Shown here piece by piece: positions 41,451 to 50,715 of a stretch of 64,000 bases of DNA. Source of the stretch: Patescibacteria group bacterium (GTDB lineage: Bacteria; Patescibacteriota; Microgenomatia; JAMCYU01); the NCBI GenBank assembly GCA_023473585.1, contig JAMCYU010000001.1, positions 66,507-130,506 on the forward strand, in the 5' to 3' direction. The position numbers were made by a program, and so were the translations under genes. Below the pieces are notes generated by a model, which ran no database searches, had not been told where the DNA came from, and saw only the letters and a list, made by a program, of their open reading frames with translations. Within the stretch, counting starts at the first letter, position 1; every line of letters begins with the position of its first letter.

Positions 41451-42242
41451 TTAATTAAGTTTAACTAACCTTCCATGCTCGCGAGCATTTTCAAACATCC
41501 AATTAAAAAATAATAATGACAGAACCAAATAAATGATGTTCAAACCAAAGCTTATCATTAAGTTGCCAGTATTTATTGACCCTGTCATAATCACTCTTCG
41601 CATTTCTTCAAAAATATAGGTTGAGGGAAGCATCTGCCCGATTTTTTGAGCCCAAGTGGGGATCGAAGAAAGAGGATAATAGATACAAGAAAAGGGAGAC
41701 ACCCAAGCTAACAAAGCCCACGCCAACTCTTGAGCTCCAAAACCAAAACGAACAATTAAGCCATTGATGATAACGCCGAAGGATAAACCGAAGATTAAAA
41801 GATTGATAATCAAAAAAGGAAGATAGAGACCATAAAGACCAAAGATATTAAATTTATAAAAAATAAATGCTCCCAAGAGCATAACCAGCATTGTCAATGT
41901 TAGTTTAATTAAGCCCAAGATTACGCTGGCTAACAAAAATTCAGCCGTGGTCAGCGGTGTCGAAAAGATATTAATTAAGTTTTGATTCCAGGCCTCATCT
42001 AGGAAATTAACCGACATTTCTCTTTGGGAAATTGAGGTGAATTCCCAAAAAATAACTCCTCCTAAAAGAAAAGCGATAATTGAAAAACCAAAGGAGGCAT
42101 TTTTCTCAAAAAAAGACATCGTCATTCCCCAACTGATCAGTCCTAAAAGCGGCCAGCCCAAAGATCCCTGCCACCTCTCCAGGCTTCTGGGCCAAATATA
42201 AAGATGACGGATAACAACGGCCACGATTCTTTTTAAGCTCAT
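41451..42242 (-). CDS. ABC-2 type transporter permease (Wzm/TagG-like)
   Basis: 263 aa, 6 TM, N-terminal RHLYIWPRSLERW typical of ABC-2 permeases; 4-nt overlap with ATPase gene. Confidence 0.55.
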   Translation of the reverse strand: MSLKRIVAVVIRHLYIWPRSLERWQGSLGWPLLGLISWGMTMSFFEKNASFGFSIIAFLLGGVIFWEFTSISQREMSVNFLDEAWNQNLINIFSTPLTTAEFLLASVILGLIKLTLTMLVMLLGAFIFYKFNIFGLYGLYLPFLIINLLIFGLSFGVIINGLIVRFGFGAQELAWALLAWVSPFSCIYYPLSSIPTWAQKIGQMLPSTYIFEEMRRVIMTGSINTGNLMISFGLNIIYLVLSLLFFNWMFENAREHGRLVKLN

Positions 42243-43171
42243 GTCATTTTCTCCCGAGTGACTTTTAGAAAAAAATCCTCTAATGTTGGTTTTTCGATCG
42301 TAATTTGCGAATATTTAAGCTTCGCTAATGACAATCTTCCCAGGAGCTGGCCTATTTTTTCCTCTTCGATCTCAATAATCGTTTCGTTTCCCTCTAATAA
42401 ATATTGATAACCGTAATTATCAAGCAATAAATTAACTTTTTCTTGTGTGACTAAAAAAAGCAATCGCACTTTACAGGTTTTTATTTTCTGCGACAAACCA
42501 ACGGGGGTATCTTCAGCAACGATTTTACCTTTATGTAAGAAAATTACCCGATCACAGATTTCCGTTATTTCCGCCATATTGTGTGAGGTAAAAAGAACGG
42601 TCGTTTTATCTTCTCTGACTTTCTTCAAAATAAATTTTCTGGTTAAATCGGCCACATCGGGATCTAAAAAAGCCGTCGGTTCGTCCAGAAGAAGAAGCTT
42701 AGGGTTATTAATAAAGGCTTTACACAAATAAAGACTGGTTAACTGACCGGACGACAAATCATTGGTTGTTTTATTCTTCAAATGAAAAATTTTAAATTCC
42801 TGTAAAAGTTGATCTGTTTTTGCCTTATAGTCGCTTACCTGATAAAGCCTGGCAAAAGTGTATAAATTCTCACAAACCTTAAGCCGCCAGGGAAGATTAA
42901 CGTAAGCGGCAGAAAAATTCATGTTTCCTAAAATTTCGACTCTATTTTTCTCAAGCGGCAGATTAAAGATCTTAATCTCTCCGCTGGTTGGCTTGGTTAA
43001 ACCAAGCAGCATGTCTATCGTCGTGGTTTTTCCGGCACCATTTGGGCCCAACAATCCCAAGATCTCCCCTTCTCTCATCTCAAAAGAAATATTGTTAACA
43101 GCCACAAATCCGTCGGTTGGCGAACCGAATCTTTTTATCAGGTTTTTAACTTCTAAAACGGGCTTTTCCAC
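42239..43171 (-). CDS. ABC transporter ATP-binding protein (Wzt/TagH-like) with C-terminal extension; GTG start
   Basis: Walker A GPNGAGKTT, signature LSSGQ, Walker B LLLLDEPT, H-loop TSHNM. Confidence 0.75.
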   Translation of the reverse strand: MEKPVLEVKNLIKRFGSPTDGFVAVNNISFEMREGEILGLLGPNGAGKTTTIDMLLGLTKPTSGEIKIFNLPLEKNRVEILGNMNFSAAYVNLPWRLKVCENLYTFARLYQVSDYKAKTDQLLQEFKIFHLKNKTTNDLSSGQLTSLYLCKAFINNPKLLLLDEPTAFLDPDVADLTRKFILKKVREDKTTVLFTSHNMAEITEICDRVIFLHKGKIVAEDTPVGLSQKIKTCKVRLLFLVTQEKVNLLLDNYGYQYLLEGNETIIEIEEEKIGQLLGRLSLAKLKYSQITIEKPTLEDFFLKVTREKMT

Positions 43172-43178
43172 AAATTTA

Positions 43179-43207
43179 ATTGTAGACTATAGATATTCAT
43201 TTTGCAA
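43179..43207 (-). promoter_or_regulatory. Candidate sigma70-type promoter of the ABC/GT mega-operon (TTGCAA-17-TACAAT, 7 nt before GTG start; possibly leaderless)
   Basis: Minus-strand TTGCAA (43207-43202), 17-nt spacer, TACAAT (43184-43179). Confidence 0.3.
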
Positions 43208-43285
43208 AGATAAAACGTCATTACTACCCGTAGGGGAATTGTGTTTTTCCTGGATGGATCGTCCTCCTTTTCTTGCCTCATTTTC

Positions 43286-43314
43286 TTGACATAAAATAAA
43301 TATCCCACTATGAT
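43286..43314 (+). promoter_or_regulatory. Candidate promoter of YerC/TrpR-like regulator gene (TTGACA-17-TATGAT)
   Basis: TTGACA 43286-43291, 17-nt spacer, TATGAT 43309-43314; repeat element 43324-43350 lies in the leader. Confidence 0.35.
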
Positions 43315-43323
43315 AATCTTAAT

Positions 43324-43350
43324 GAATTCTTTTCAATGATTTGAAACATT
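43324..43350 (+). repeat. 27-nt direct repeat copy A (GAATTCttttcAATGATTTGAAACATT), candidate operator
   Basis: 22/27 identical to copy B at 43878-43904; core AATGATTTGAAACATT is an imperfect palindrome. Confidence 0.45.
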
Positions 43351-43368
43351 GAGTGTAAGTCAGAATTT

Positions 43369-43815
43369 ATGAGTCAGGTTTCTAAAAGATTCATTTCTAA
43401 AGAAATCGAGGACAGGATGCTAGAGATTTTTTGGCAGTCACTGGCCTCTTGCTCGACAAAGGAAACCGTGGCTTCTTTCCTGGAAGATCTTTTAACTCCC
43501 ACCGAAAAAATTATGCTATCTAAAAGAGTCTCTATTGCTCTGCTTTTATTGAAAGGTTACGATTACAAATCTATTAATAATATCCTCAAAGTCAGTGCTC
43601 CGACTATTTGGACAGTCAGTCTTTGGCTAAAAACAAAAGGCAAGGGCTACCGCATGGTCTTAAAAAGGATAATTCAGAATGAAAAATGGGATAAATTATG
43701 GCAAAACGTAGAAAAACAGATTCAAGACATTCTGCCTCCTAGGCCAGGAACGAATTGGGCTGAAGTCAGAAAAAGACAATGGGAGAAACGCCGCCAGCAA
43801 CAAAAACCCTATTAA
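43369..43815 (+). CDS. YerC/YecD (TrpR-like) family DNA-binding protein with C-terminal basic extension
   Basis: LLTPTEKIMLSKRVSIALLLLKGYDYKSINNILKVSAPTIWTVSLWLK matches the LLTPxE...RxxIAxxLLxG...I...LxxSxATIxRxSxxLK YerC/TrpR-like signature. Confidence 0.45.
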   Translation: MSQVSKRFISKEIEDRMLEIFWQSLASCSTKETVASFLEDLLTPTEKIMLSKRVSIALLLLKGYDYKSINNILKVSAPTIWTVSLWLKTKGKGYRMVLKRIIQNEKWDKLWQNVEKQIQDILPPRPGTNWAEVRKRQWEKRRQQQKPY

Positions 43816-43877
43816 ATTTCCATATTCATACCTCTTAATACCTCGTTTATATACTGACCGTACACCGTACCTGATCT

Positions 43878-43904
43878 GAATTCGCTTAAATGATTTGAAA
43901 CATT
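43878..43904 (+). repeat. 27-nt direct repeat copy B (GAATTCgcttaAATGATTTGAAACATT)
   Basis: See copy A; located in the 180-nt convergent gap downstream of the regulator gene. Confidence 0.45.
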
Positions 43905-43994
43905 TAAGTTGATTCATAAATTATCGTTCTTTTTTTTCATTGTTCTAAAACCATTTTTGATAACGATTTTCTCTTTGTCATCGGCAGGAAAAGC

Positions 43995-45500
43995 TTATTC
44001 GCCTTTGTAATGACCGAGTTTAACGACGCGGACGACGGAGACCTGCCATTCGCCTTCAATTTCAGCCCGGCCGAAACCGGCAATCTCCCAAAGAGAATGA
44101 CCCAGTGGCTGGCAGGAAGAAACTTCACAGATAACAAGAAGTTGACTCGTGACTGTTTTTCTTTGCGGGTCGACTTCCTGATTCTCGATGGTGACCGGCT
44201 TATTCCCCCAGATTTCGAAAAAATAACGATAGGCATGATCCGAATTCTGGCCCGTAATTAAGGCAAAATTAAAGGGTTGACCATTCGTTTTGTCCAGAAC
44301 AAAGCGGCTGATGGTTTTTGTCTGTAATAATTGACGATTAGGGGTAAACTTAAATGGCCTGCCTTCCCAATTAATCCAAGCTAAGATTCCGACAAAAAGA
44401 AGGGCAATTATTTTTACAGGCCGATATTTAAAGTGGAGAAAAAAAGAAGCTGTTTGCCCAACCAGTAAAAATGGCAGGGAAAACATAAAACCAAAATAAT
44501 AATCATAAATTGGTTTTTTATAAAATCCGAAAAGAAAAACACCGACTGTCAACCAAAGAAAAAGAAGAACTCTCGCTTTATTGTTCTTTTTAAGAAAGAG
44601 GTAAAAGAAGATCGGTAAAGTCACCGCCATAACGAAGTAAGTTAACCAAGAACCCGAATTGGGAAAATAAGAAACTAATCTTCCAAAGAGCCGAAAGAGA
44701 ACATCCCAACTAATAACCAAAAAATTTTGACCGGTAAACCCGGTTTCTCCGGAAGAGAAAATAAATTTAATAACGGTTTGCAGATTAGTAAAGCCATGAC
44801 GAAGTTCAAAGGCTAAAAAGGGTGAAAAACCCACCAAAAAACCCAAAATCGCCAGAAAATAATATTTTATTTTGGTAAAATTCCGACCATAGATTAAAAA
44901 ATAAATAAAGGCTACGGGGACGAGAAAAACAAAAAGGTAATGAAGCTGCAAACCAATGCCTAAAACAATCCCTAATAAAAATAAATAAGACCATTTTTGT
45001 TTTTCCACAATCAGCCAAAGAAGATAAATAAAGAGAGTCGAGAAAAACGGCACCAAGTTCGGATTCCACGAGGCGCGCGAATAGGCGATAACCAGGGGCG
45101 ATAAAGTAAAAAGAAGAGCCGCCAAAAGACCAGCCCAAAGATTAAAAAGGTCCTTCCCTACTTTATAGACTAAAAAAATCGTTAAGATGCCAAAGAGGGC
45201 CACCATAACGGCAGGCCCCACAGGATCAAGTTTAAAAAGCCACAAAAAGGGCAGCATAAAATAATAGTAAATCGGACCTAAGAAAAATCCTCCCACCGAA
45301 GCCGTAGGCCCCAAAAGCGTCAATTTATGATCAACGATCATCCTTTTAACGACCAAAACATCTCTGCCCTCATCGCCCAAAAAGGTTAGATAGTCGGCGA
45401 TTCGGTAAAGCCGAAGATAGGCCCCCAAGAGAAGAATGGCAAAAACTAATAACGGAAGAAGAAGTTTTTTAAAATTTATATTTCTTGTTCCACGTTCCAT
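43995..45500 (-). CDS. ArnT/PMT-like GT-C glycosyltransferase (polyprenyl-P-sugar dependent)
   Basis: YLRLYRIADYLTFLGDEGRDVLVVKRM...FFLGPIYYYFMLPF N-terminal loop with DE motif; 501 aa multi-TM. Confidence 0.5.
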   Translation of the reverse strand: MERGTRNINFKKLLLPLLVFAILLLGAYLRLYRIADYLTFLGDEGRDVLVVKRMIVDHKLTLLGPTASVGGFFLGPIYYYFMLPFLWLFKLDPVGPAVMVALFGILTIFLVYKVGKDLFNLWAGLLAALLFTLSPLVIAYSRASWNPNLVPFFSTLFIYLLWLIVEKQKWSYLFLLGIVLGIGLQLHYLFVFLVPVAFIYFLIYGRNFTKIKYYFLAILGFLVGFSPFLAFELRHGFTNLQTVIKFIFSSGETGFTGQNFLVISWDVLFRLFGRLVSYFPNSGSWLTYFVMAVTLPIFFYLFLKKNNKARVLLFLWLTVGVFLFGFYKKPIYDYYFGFMFSLPFLLVGQTASFFLHFKYRPVKIIALLFVGILAWINWEGRPFKFTPNRQLLQTKTISRFVLDKTNGQPFNFALITGQNSDHAYRYFFEIWGNKPVTIENQEVDPQRKTVTSQLLVICEVSSCQPLGHSLWEIAGFGRAEIEGEWQVSVVRVVKLGHYKGE

Positions 45501-45503
45501 GTT

Positions 45504-46631
45504 TTAATGATTGGTCTTTTTCCAAATGACTCGAGAATAAATAAACCAACTGTAGGGAACAACAAGAAAAATAACGGCTCCGGCCATAAAGATCATTCGA
45601 TATTGATCGCCGAAAAAATTAGTTCCCAAACCGACAACGATACCTTGAATAATGACGGCTCCTATCGAAGTAAAATTAAACTGAATAAATTTAGCAATGA
45701 GAGTTGTAATTTTACTTACTTTTTGATCATTAAAGGTCCAAAAATTATTAAGAGTAAAATTGGAGATAATGGCCATTTCTGCTCCCAGGGAAGCCGCCGG
45801 ACCGGGTCTTAAACCAAATTTGTAAAAAATTTCCAGCCCTAGGGCGTTAATGACAAAACCAATCGTCCCGACGATAAAAAATTTTAAAAAACCGCTTTCC
45901 CAAAGTTCTTTTGTCCTTGCCGTAATCAGATATCTTAAAAGATTCGTAATATATTCCATGGGAGTCAGTTTTGATCGCCCGTAATATCTTTCGGAAAAAG
46001 TAATGGGGAATTCGGCGATCTTTGCCCCGTTTTTAAGACTCTTGTGCAGGAAAGCAACTTGAAAAGTATAGCCGCTGACGTTTTGAAGTTCATTTTTGGC
46101 TTTTTCAAAAAAATTCTTCTTAATCGCCCGGAAACCGCTTGTCCACTCGTGTATCCAAAAAATACCCAAAAGAGTGCGCACGATTAAATTCCCAGCTCTG
46201 CTAAAAATCTTGCGATGAAGTCCCCATCTTTTGGGGATGGAACCACCCTTTACATAGCGACTGCCGACAACGAAATCGGCCCCTTCCTCGATTTTTTTTA
46301 AAAACTCGGGGATTTTTTTAGGATCGTGAGAAAGATCAGCGTCCATTTGGACAATAATGTCGGCTCCAAGTTTTTGGATCGCATAATCCATACCAATAAC
46401 CAAGGCTCTCCCCAACCCGACTTTTTCCTTATTTAAAAGTAAAAAAAGATTGTGATATTTATTTTTTAAATCTTTAATAACCGAAGCCGTTCCGTCGGGA
46501 GAAGAGTCGTCAACGACGAGAAGATCAAATTGATAAAAAGGTAATTTTTTAGCTACTTCTTGTATTTCCCTAATCAACTTCTCGATATTACCTTTTTCAT
46601 TATAAGTGGGAAGAAGAACAACGACTTTCAT
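45504..46631 (-). CDS. Polyprenyl-phosphate sugar synthase, GT2 catalytic domain fused to C-terminal GtrA-like TM domain (Ppm1-like)
   Basis: MKVVVLLPTYNEKGNIEKLI...DLLVVDDSSPDGT...QMDADLSHDP (DPM1 signature) plus about 4 C-terminal TM helices (GtrA-like). Confidence 0.65.
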   Translation of the reverse strand: MKVVVLLPTYNEKGNIEKLIREIQEVAKKLPFYQFDLLVVDDSSPDGTASVIKDLKNKYHNLFLLLNKEKVGLGRALVIGMDYAIQKLGADIIVQMDADLSHDPKKIPEFLKKIEEGADFVVGSRYVKGGSIPKRWGLHRKIFSRAGNLIVRTLLGIFWIHEWTSGFRAIKKNFFEKAKNELQNVSGYTFQVAFLHKSLKNGAKIAEFPITFSERYYGRSKLTPMEYITNLLRYLITARTKELWESGFLKFFIVGTIGFVINALGLEIFYKFGLRPGPAASLGAEMAIISNFTLNNFWTFNDQKVSKITTLIAKFIQFNFTSIGAVIIQGIVVGLGTNFFGDQYRMIFMAGAVIFLVVPYSWFIYSRVIWKKTNH

Positions 46632-47584
46632 AGTGATCGAAAATAGGCTATGGTTTGTTTTAATCCTTCTTCAAGACTGACTTTCGGCATCCAACCTAAA
46701 ATTTGTTTAATCCGCGTAATGTCCGGCTGACGACGGGTTGGGTCATCTTCGGGAAGATCGGTAAATTTAATTTCTGAAGACGATTCGGTTAATTGTTTAA
46801 TAAACTTGGCAAATTCCAGGATAGTGTGCTCTTCGGGATTCCCTAAATTAAAAACTTCACCCCTGGCTTTTTCGTTTTCCATAAGAATCAGAAAACCCGA
46901 AACTAAATCATCCACGTAACAGAAGCTTCGGGTTTGACTGCCGTCGCCGTAAACCGTAATCGGCATCCCCGAAAGCGCCTGAACCGTAAAGTTAGAAACA
47001 ACCCGGCCGTCGTCTTTGTCCATGCGCGGTCCATAGGTATTGAAAATTCTGACGATTCTGGCATCAAGGTCGTCTTTCCTTACATAAGCCATGACCATGG
47101 CTTCGCCAAATCTCTTGCCCTCATCGTAACAGGATCTCACCCCGATCGGATTAACATTCCCCCAATAAGATTCACGCTGCGGATGCTGCTGAGGATTGCC
47201 GTAAACTTCACTTGAGGAGGCATATAAAAATTTCGCTCCGTTGGCTTTGGCAATTTCCAAAAGATTAAAGGTTCCTAAAGAATTGGCTAAAAGTGTTTCC
47301 GCCGGATATTTTTGGTATTGACCGGGACTGGCCGGCGAAGCCAGATGGTAGATAAATTGAACGCCTGATATTAAAGATTGGGAAGTTTTGTCTAAGGGTT
47401 TGGTGACGTCGCCCTCGACCAGATGGAATAAGGGATTATTTATCATGGGTTCTACATTTTTCCGGTTGCCGGTTATAAAATTATCCAAACAAATGACCTC
47501 GAGATCTTGAGCAAGAAGAGTTTCGCAAAGATGAGAACCGATAAAACCAGCGCCGCCGGCGATTAAACATTTAACTTTTGACAT
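46628..47584 (-). CDS. UDP-glucuronate decarboxylase (UDP-xylose synthase)-like
   Basis: CLIAGGAGFIGSHL, NFITGNRKNV, YASSSEVYGNPQQHPQRESYWGNVNPIGVRSCYDEGKRFGEAMVMAY closely matches UXS signature block. Confidence 0.65.
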   Translation of the reverse strand: MSKVKCLIAGGAGFIGSHLCETLLAQDLEVICLDNFITGNRKNVEPMINNPLFHLVEGDVTKPLDKTSQSLISGVQFIYHLASPASPGQYQKYPAETLLANSLGTFNLLEIAKANGAKFLYASSSEVYGNPQQHPQRESYWGNVNPIGVRSCYDEGKRFGEAMVMAYVRKDDLDARIVRIFNTYGPRMDKDDGRVVSNFTVQALSGMPITVYGDGSQTRSFCYVDDLVSGFLILMENEKARGEVFNLGNPEEHTILEFAKFIKQLTESSSEIKFTDLPEDDPTRRQPDITRIKQILGWMPKVSLEEGLKQTIAYFRSL

Positions 47585-47594
47585 TTGTAATTTC

Positions 47595-48548
47595 TTAAAC
47601 CCTGGCCCGCCAATAATTCAGAAGATCTTCCATGGTTTTTGCAAACGGAATTTCCGGCTTCCAGCCTGTAGCCTGACGAAATTTACTGCAGTCTCCCAAA
47701 AGAATAGAAACATCTGACGGTCGCAGCCGGGTTTGATCCTCTTTGACTTTAACCTTAACCTTGCTCATCTTTAAAAGCATATTTAACATATCGCTGACCC
47801 TAACCGCTTTTTCCGAACAGATATTATAGACTTCTCCCGGGCTGCCCTTTTTAACCGCTAAAAGATAAGCCCTAACCATGTCCCGAACGTCAGTCCAGTC
47901 CCGTTGTGATTCTAAATTGCCGACTTCAATGACGGGTTCTTTTTTCCCTTTTTCAATTTCGGCAATTTGTTTGGCAAAATTACTGGTGACAAAAACCTCG
48001 CCTCTTCTTGGACCGGTATGGTTAAAACCTCTGGTTCTTATAATTTTTATACCGTAACTTTGAAAATATTGATAACCCAAATAATCCATAGCCACCTTAG
48101 AAACCGCATAAGGAGACTGCGGACGTAGCGGATTCTCTTCCTTGATGGGAATTTCGTCAGGATGCACCAATCCGTACTCTTCCGAGGAACAGGCGATTTG
48201 AATGACTGGACTGATTTCCGCCCTCCTTAACGCTTCAAACAAATGAACGCTGCCGACAACATTCATTTCCATTGTCGTCGCCGGTGAAGCCCAGGATGTC
48301 TGCACAAACGACTGTGCCGCCAAGTGGAAAACATAATCCGGTTTAACGTTTATAAAAATGGAGTAAAGGCTGTGTGAATCTAAAATATCGGCATCGTAAA
48401 GCTTCAGCTTGTATTTGATGTCGTCAATATTATCGGTTTTACTCCGCGGTCTGGTGGTACCAAAAACCTCATAACCCTCCTTAAGAAGAAGTTCTGCCAA
48501 ATGACTGCCGGCAAAACCTGTAATCCCAGTAATTAAAGCTTTTTTCAT
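47595..48548 (-). CDS. GDP-mannose 4,6-dehydratase family (Gmd/Rmd-like)
   Basis: ALITGITGFAGSHLAELLLKEGYEVFG and FNHTGPRRGEVFVTSNFAKQIAEIEKG match Gmd/Rmd conserved blocks; 317 aa is closer to Rmd length. Confidence 0.5.
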   Translation of the reverse strand: MKKALITGITGFAGSHLAELLLKEGYEVFGTTRPRSKTDNIDDIKYKLKLYDADILDSHSLYSIFINVKPDYVFHLAAQSFVQTSWASPATTMEMNVVGSVHLFEALRRAEISPVIQIACSSEEYGLVHPDEIPIKEENPLRPQSPYAVSKVAMDYLGYQYFQSYGIKIIRTRGFNHTGPRRGEVFVTSNFAKQIAEIEKGKKEPVIEVGNLESQRDWTDVRDMVRAYLLAVKKGSPGEVYNICSEKAVRVSDMLNMLLKMSKVKVKVKEDQTRLRPSDVSILLGDCSKFRQATGWKPEIPFAKTMEDLLNYWRARV

Positions 48549-49837
48549 CTTCCGACTCCTTTATAAATAAAACCAAGTTTTATAATTTTTTCCGGATCGT
48601 AAATATTCCGACCGTCAACAATAATCGGCTGATTCATTAATTTTTTGATTTTAACCAAATCCAATTGTTTAAACTCATTCCATTCTGTCATAATCAAAAG
48701 AGCATCCGCACCTTTAACGGTTTCTTCGGGATTTTTACAGTATACCACATTTTTAAGAATTTCCTGGGCCTTAGAAATAGCAACCGGATCAAAGGCGCGA
48801 ATTTTGACTCCCTTACTTTGAAGAGCCTCGATAACCTTAATTGAGGGCGCTTCCCGCATATCATCGGTATTAGGTTTAAAGGCAAGACCTAAAACCGCCA
48901 CGGTTTTCCCTTTGACAGGATCAAGAAGTTTTATGACCTTATTAACAAAGTTCTCGGCCGCCTGCCGGTTAATTTCTTCAACTTCTGCAAAAAGGTTAAC
49001 TTTTATTTGCGCTTTTTTAAACATGGCGTTTAAAGCTTTAACATCCTTAGGAAAACAACTCCCCCCATAGCCGACTCCGGGATTAAGAAAACTACGGCCC
49101 AGACGTTTATCCAAACCCACTCCGTCTAAAACCTGAAGGACGTCAGCCCCGACTTCTTCGCATAAAAAGGCGATGGCGTTGGCAAAAGAAATCTTGGTTG
49201 CCAAAAGCGAGTTAGAGGCGTATTTAATCATTTCCGCTGAAGGAATATTCGTTAAGACGAAATGTCCGTTGATGGGTTTATGAAGTTCCATAAGAATTTT
49301 TTGGGCTGATAACGAATCCGTTCCGATCACAATTCGGTCGGGTTGCAAAGTGTCAGCAAGGGCGGTCCCTTCACGCAAAAATTCGGGGACAAAAGCAACT
49401 TCAAGATCGGCCCCTTTGGGCTTAACCTTCTTGATAATTTCGGCAACTCTTTTGGTCGTCCCGACCGGCACCGTGCTTTTAACCACAATCACTTTTTGGC
49501 CTTTACCCAAATTTTTCCCGATCGTTTCGGCAGACGCATAAACCTGGGAAAGATCAGCCTCGCCGCTTTGAAGAGAGGGTGTACCAACGCAAATAAAAAT
49601 AATGTCCGATCCGGAAATGGTTTCTTCGTAAGAAAGAGTGAACCTAAGTCTTTGGGCAGTGGCGTTTTTCCTAACCACCTCTTCAAGTCCGGGCTCAAAA
49701 AAGGGAATCATTCCCTTTTTAAGCTTTTCAATTTTTTCTTTGGTTCTTCCGACACACCAGACATCGTTGCCTAAATCCGCAAAAACCGCGGCGGTGACTA
49801 AACCAACGTAACCGTTGCCAATAACCGTTATTTTCAT
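48545..49837 (-). CDS. ugd: UDP-glucose 6-dehydrogenase
   Basis: MKITVIGNGYVGLVTAAVFADLGNDV N-terminal NAD fold; GGSCFPKDVKAL catalytic Cys motif; 430 aa. Confidence 0.75.
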   Translation of the reverse strand: MKITVIGNGYVGLVTAAVFADLGNDVWCVGRTKEKIEKLKKGMIPFFEPGLEEVVRKNATAQRLRFTLSYEETISGSDIIFICVGTPSLQSGEADLSQVYASAETIGKNLGKGQKVIVVKSTVPVGTTKRVAEIIKKVKPKGADLEVAFVPEFLREGTALADTLQPDRIVIGTDSLSAQKILMELHKPINGHFVLTNIPSAEMIKYASNSLLATKISFANAIAFLCEEVGADVLQVLDGVGLDKRLGRSFLNPGVGYGGSCFPKDVKALNAMFKKAQIKVNLFAEVEEINRQAAENFVNKVIKLLDPVKGKTVAVLGLAFKPNTDDMREAPSIKVIEALQSKGVKIRAFDPVAISKAQEILKNVVYCKNPEETVKGADALLIMTEWNEFKQLDLVKIKKLMNQPIIVDGRNIYDPEKIIKLGFIYKGVGR

Positions 49838-50715
49838 CGCCTTTGCCCTTTCAAAACCATTAAACCCTGCTTAAGGGTTAACATCTCAACTTTTAATTTT
49901 TTCAGTTTATCATTTTTTAATCTTAAAGAAAAGGGGCGAGGGGCTTTATTTTGGTAGTAAGTAATTCTGTCTATTTCTTTAATTAAAGATTTATCCAAAG
50001 AAAAGGTTTCGGCAAGAAGTTGGGCAACCTCAAAAGGCGTGTGGAAACTGCTGCCAACGACATGGAAAATACCTTCGGCCTCCTTAGCGATTAGGCAATC
50101 AATGGCGATGGCGATATCGTCAATAAAAGTCGGTGTCATGAACTGATCCGAAACCATTTTCAGTTCTTCGTGATTTTTGAGTTTTTCCAAAAGTCCCCTG
50201 ACGAGGTCTTTTTTGGGAGCGAAATTAGCTCTGTAAGGAAAGGCTAACCGGCAAATTAAATAAGGTAAGCCGGAACTTTGAACGATTTTTTCTCCCTCAT
50301 ATTTGGTGACGGCATACCAGTTAATCGGATTGGGCATATCTTCTTCTTGGTAAAAATCCTTATTCCCGTCAAAAACGAAATCGGTTGAGATATAAATAAA
50401 TTTCTTTTTTGTTTTTTGAGCCGCTTCAAGGAGATTCCTCGTCCCCTCAACATTAATAAGCCACGCGCTTCCTTGGTTTTTAAGTTCCCTGTCTTTTTCG
50501 CAGGCATCAACGTCGGTTTTAGCGGCAAAATGCAGGATTATTTTTGCTTTAGAAGCAAAAACGGCGTTTTTAACTTGTTCTTTATTGGTGATGTCAATAC
50601 CGGTTTCATAGCTTAAGTTTTCAAATTCGTATTTCTTTTCCAGAAGTTCGACGATTCTTGAGCCGACCAATCCTGTTAAACCCGTCCCTAAAATAGAAGT
50701 TTTATCTTTCGCCAT
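49834..50715 (-). CDS. rmlD: dTDP-4-dehydrorhamnose reductase
   Basis: ILGTGLTGLVGSRI, HFAAKTDVDACE, YISTDFVFDG, NWYAVTKYEGE motifs; start set at internal ATG 50715 (MAKDK) instead of track start 50907, which would overlap rmlB by 200 nt. Confidence 0.6.
   Translation of the reverse strand: MAKDKTSILGTGLTGLVGSRIVELLEKKYEFENLSYETGIDITNKEQVKNAVFASKAKIILHFAAKTDVDACEKDRELKNQGSAWLINVEGTRNLLEAAQKTKKKFIYISTDFVFDGNKDFYQEEDMPNPINWYAVTKYEGEKIVQSSGLPYLICRLAFPYRANFAPKKDLVRGLLEKLKNHEELKMVSDQFMTPTFIDDIAIAIDCLIAKEAEGIFHVVGSSFHTPFEVAQLLAETFSLDKSLIKEIDRITYYQNKAPRPFSLRLKNDKLKKLKVEMLTLKQGLMVLKGQRR

Noticed and set aside
43696-44236. Minus-strand ORFs 43696-43917 and 43937-44236
   Set aside because: They lie in the intergenic region or overlap the regulator gene and the 3' end of the GT-C gene in other frames. 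They have no motif support and compositional bias; likely spurious.
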